Source of the DNA: Candidatus Iainarchaeum sp.
GTDB taxonomy: Archaea > Iainarchaeota > Iainarchaeia > Iainarchaeales > GCA-2688035
Direction: 5' to 3'
DNA: 24,000 nt
NCBI GenBank assembly: GCA_020053055.1
Contig: JAGVNX010000025.1
Span: 20,996-44,995, forward strand
In this document: piece by piece, positions 23,117 to 24,000 of the stretch
Layout: every line of letters begins with the position of its first letter
Position numbering within the stretch: position 1 is the first letter of the stretch
Notes under the pieces: generated by a model
The model's database searches: none
The model's input: only the letters and a program-made list of their open reading frames with translations
Told to the model about the DNA's origin: nothing
Program-made: the position numbers and the translations under genes

Positions 23117-23236
23117 TAGAATCAGAAGAATAAAAAACAAAAGAATTTTTAAAGCAATTATGTTTTTTTTTGCGGGATTAAGATTTTCTTTTAAAGCATT
23201 GTTTTTTTATTGTTTTCAATCCAAAAATAATGCATT

Positions 23237-23509
23237 ATGATTGAAACAATCTTGTTCTTTGCAGTTCTTTTGGTTTTATTGCCAGCACTCGGCTTTTTTA
23301 TTACGCTTGCTTTTTTTCCAAAAAAAGAGCTTGATTTGCTGGAAAGAATTGTTTTCAGCGCTGTTCTTGGCTTGATTTTTCCCGCGCTTTTCCTGCTTTT
23401 GGAAAACCAGGTTTTTGGATTGCCAATCAATTTTGCTTCGGCAATCACAACAATAATCGCACTATTAATCGTGTCTTTTCTAATTTTTTATTTGAGAAAA
23501 AGAAAATGA
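23237..23509 (+). CDS. Small membrane protein (90 aa, about 3 TM)
   Basis: ATG start. It has hydrophobic segments separated by a KKELDLLERIVF loop and a basic C-terminus, RKRK. No family call. Confidence 0.5.
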   Translation: MIETILFFAVLLVLLPALGFFITLAFFPKKELDLLERIVFSAVLGLIFPALFLLLENQVFGLPINFASAITTIIALLIVSFLIFYLRKRK

Positions 23510-23529
23510 ATGAAACAAGGGCATTTTAT

Positions 23530-24000
23530 TTATTGCCCTTTATAACCCCATTTTCCCTTTTTTTCTTTCTTTTCAGAGGCATTTTTCTTCCAATTGTCCA
23601 AAAAACCCATTTTTCCACCACTCCAAGTCAAATTGCCATCAGGCCCCTGTGCTTTATTATAAGCAAAAAACCCGATAACTACTATTATTACAATTACAAT
23701 TATTATTCCCAACAATGCAGAATTTTCCGCAAGGCCTGCCAAAGAAAAAAAGCCTGCAACACTCGCATTGCCCATGCTTGTTTCTTTGTTCAAAACAATT
23801 GGCGGGGCAATGAACAAATCCATTGGCTTTGATTCAAGCAATTTGTCAGCCTCGTCTTTTGTCAATTCTTTTTTCAAGAAATAAACAATTTTTTTTGTTT
23901 CCCCTGCTTTTATTGCCAAGCCAAATTCTATTTTTGGATCTGCTTCAACAATAACCATTCCGCTGTTTGAAGACAGCAAATCAGAGTTTTCAGCAAATTC
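23530..24000 (-). CDS. Membrane-anchored surface protein, 5' partial (runs off the window)
   Basis: The frame stays open to base 24000 (EFAENSD upstream of the track's TTG start). The segment VIVEADPKIEFGLAIKAGETKKIVYFLKK aligns with KVLKSDPIIEFTVPTVNTGEIASVTYEVAK of the giant protein. It is followed by the TM anchor LLGIIIVIVIIVVIGFFAY and a Lys-rich tail. Confidence 0.6.
   Translation of the reverse strand, partial: EFAENSDLLSSNSGMVIVEADPKIEFGLAIKAGETKKIVYFLKKELTKDEADKLLESKPMDLFIAPPIVLNKETSMGNASVAGFFSLAGLAENSALLGIIIVIVIIVVIGFFAYNKAQGPDGNLTWSGGKMGFLDNWKKNASEKKEKKGKWGYKGQ

Noticed and set aside
23506-23832. 108-aa plus-strand ORF overlapping the stop of the 90-aa membrane protein (ATGA overlap)
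   Set aside because: It is antisense to the partial surface protein, which has a recognisable TM anchor and a domain homologous to the giant protein. Its translation includes a YYYYNYNYY tract that mirrors the Ile/Val-rich TM helix.
1-24000. CRISPR arrays, rRNA genes, integrase, transposase or toxin-antitoxin pairs
   Set aside because: I scanned both strands by eye for regularly spaced repeats and for recombinase or nuclease motifs. The only such feature found was the LAGLIDADG pseudogene.

Overview
The window looks like an AT-rich, gene-dense archaeal contig, probably from a small-genome DPANN-like lineage (inference). Supporting markers are a CTP-type riboflavin kinase, a PAC2/Pba proteasome chaperone, a GGR-family reductase, an intron-containing tRNA, BRE/TATA-like promoters and several TTG starts. 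I could run no database search, so every family call rests on motifs read directly from the translations.

Layout:
- 3-356: ribK, 5' partial.
- 366-13133: ten co-directional minus-strand genes.
  - Two Arg-rich, GC-rich paralogous unknowns.
  - A PAC2 chaperone with a C-terminal HbYX motif.
  - A Tad/Epd-like type IV filament module: a FlaI/TadA-type ATPase plus two separate T2SSF-domain platform proteins.
  - A small 2-TM protein.
  - A 1281-aa membrane-anchored surface protein.
  - A type IIA P-type ATPase.
  - A GNAT acetyltransferase.
- 13198-15660: a single-domain KaiC-like ATPase with three unknown neighbours.
- 15793-17655: a compact, apparently mobile region.
  - A frameshifted HTH-LAGLIDADG homing endonuclease.
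  - tRNA-Gln(CUG) with a 23-nt intron.
  - An alpha/beta-hydrolase gene bracketed by a 16-nt inverted repeat and a 15-nt duplication of the tRNA 3' end.
- 17711-23116: lipid-carrier and glycan genes (uppS, an LbH acetyltransferase, a Wzx-like flippase, a GGR-family reductase), plus DUF192 and two small ORFs below the track cutoff.
- 23530-24000: a partial second surface protein that shares the C-terminal module of the giant protein.

The four most unusual signals:
1. About 70% of the Asp residues in the giant protein's ectodomain sit in a D-x-N tripeptide, often extended to D-x-N-x-S/T.
2. The hydrolase cassette sits at the tRNA-Gln 3' end.
3. The filament module has no recognisable pilin and is fused in an operon with the giant surface protein.
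4. The Arg-rich paralog pair is a compositional outlier.

I found no CRISPR array, rRNA, integrase or reverse transcriptase.
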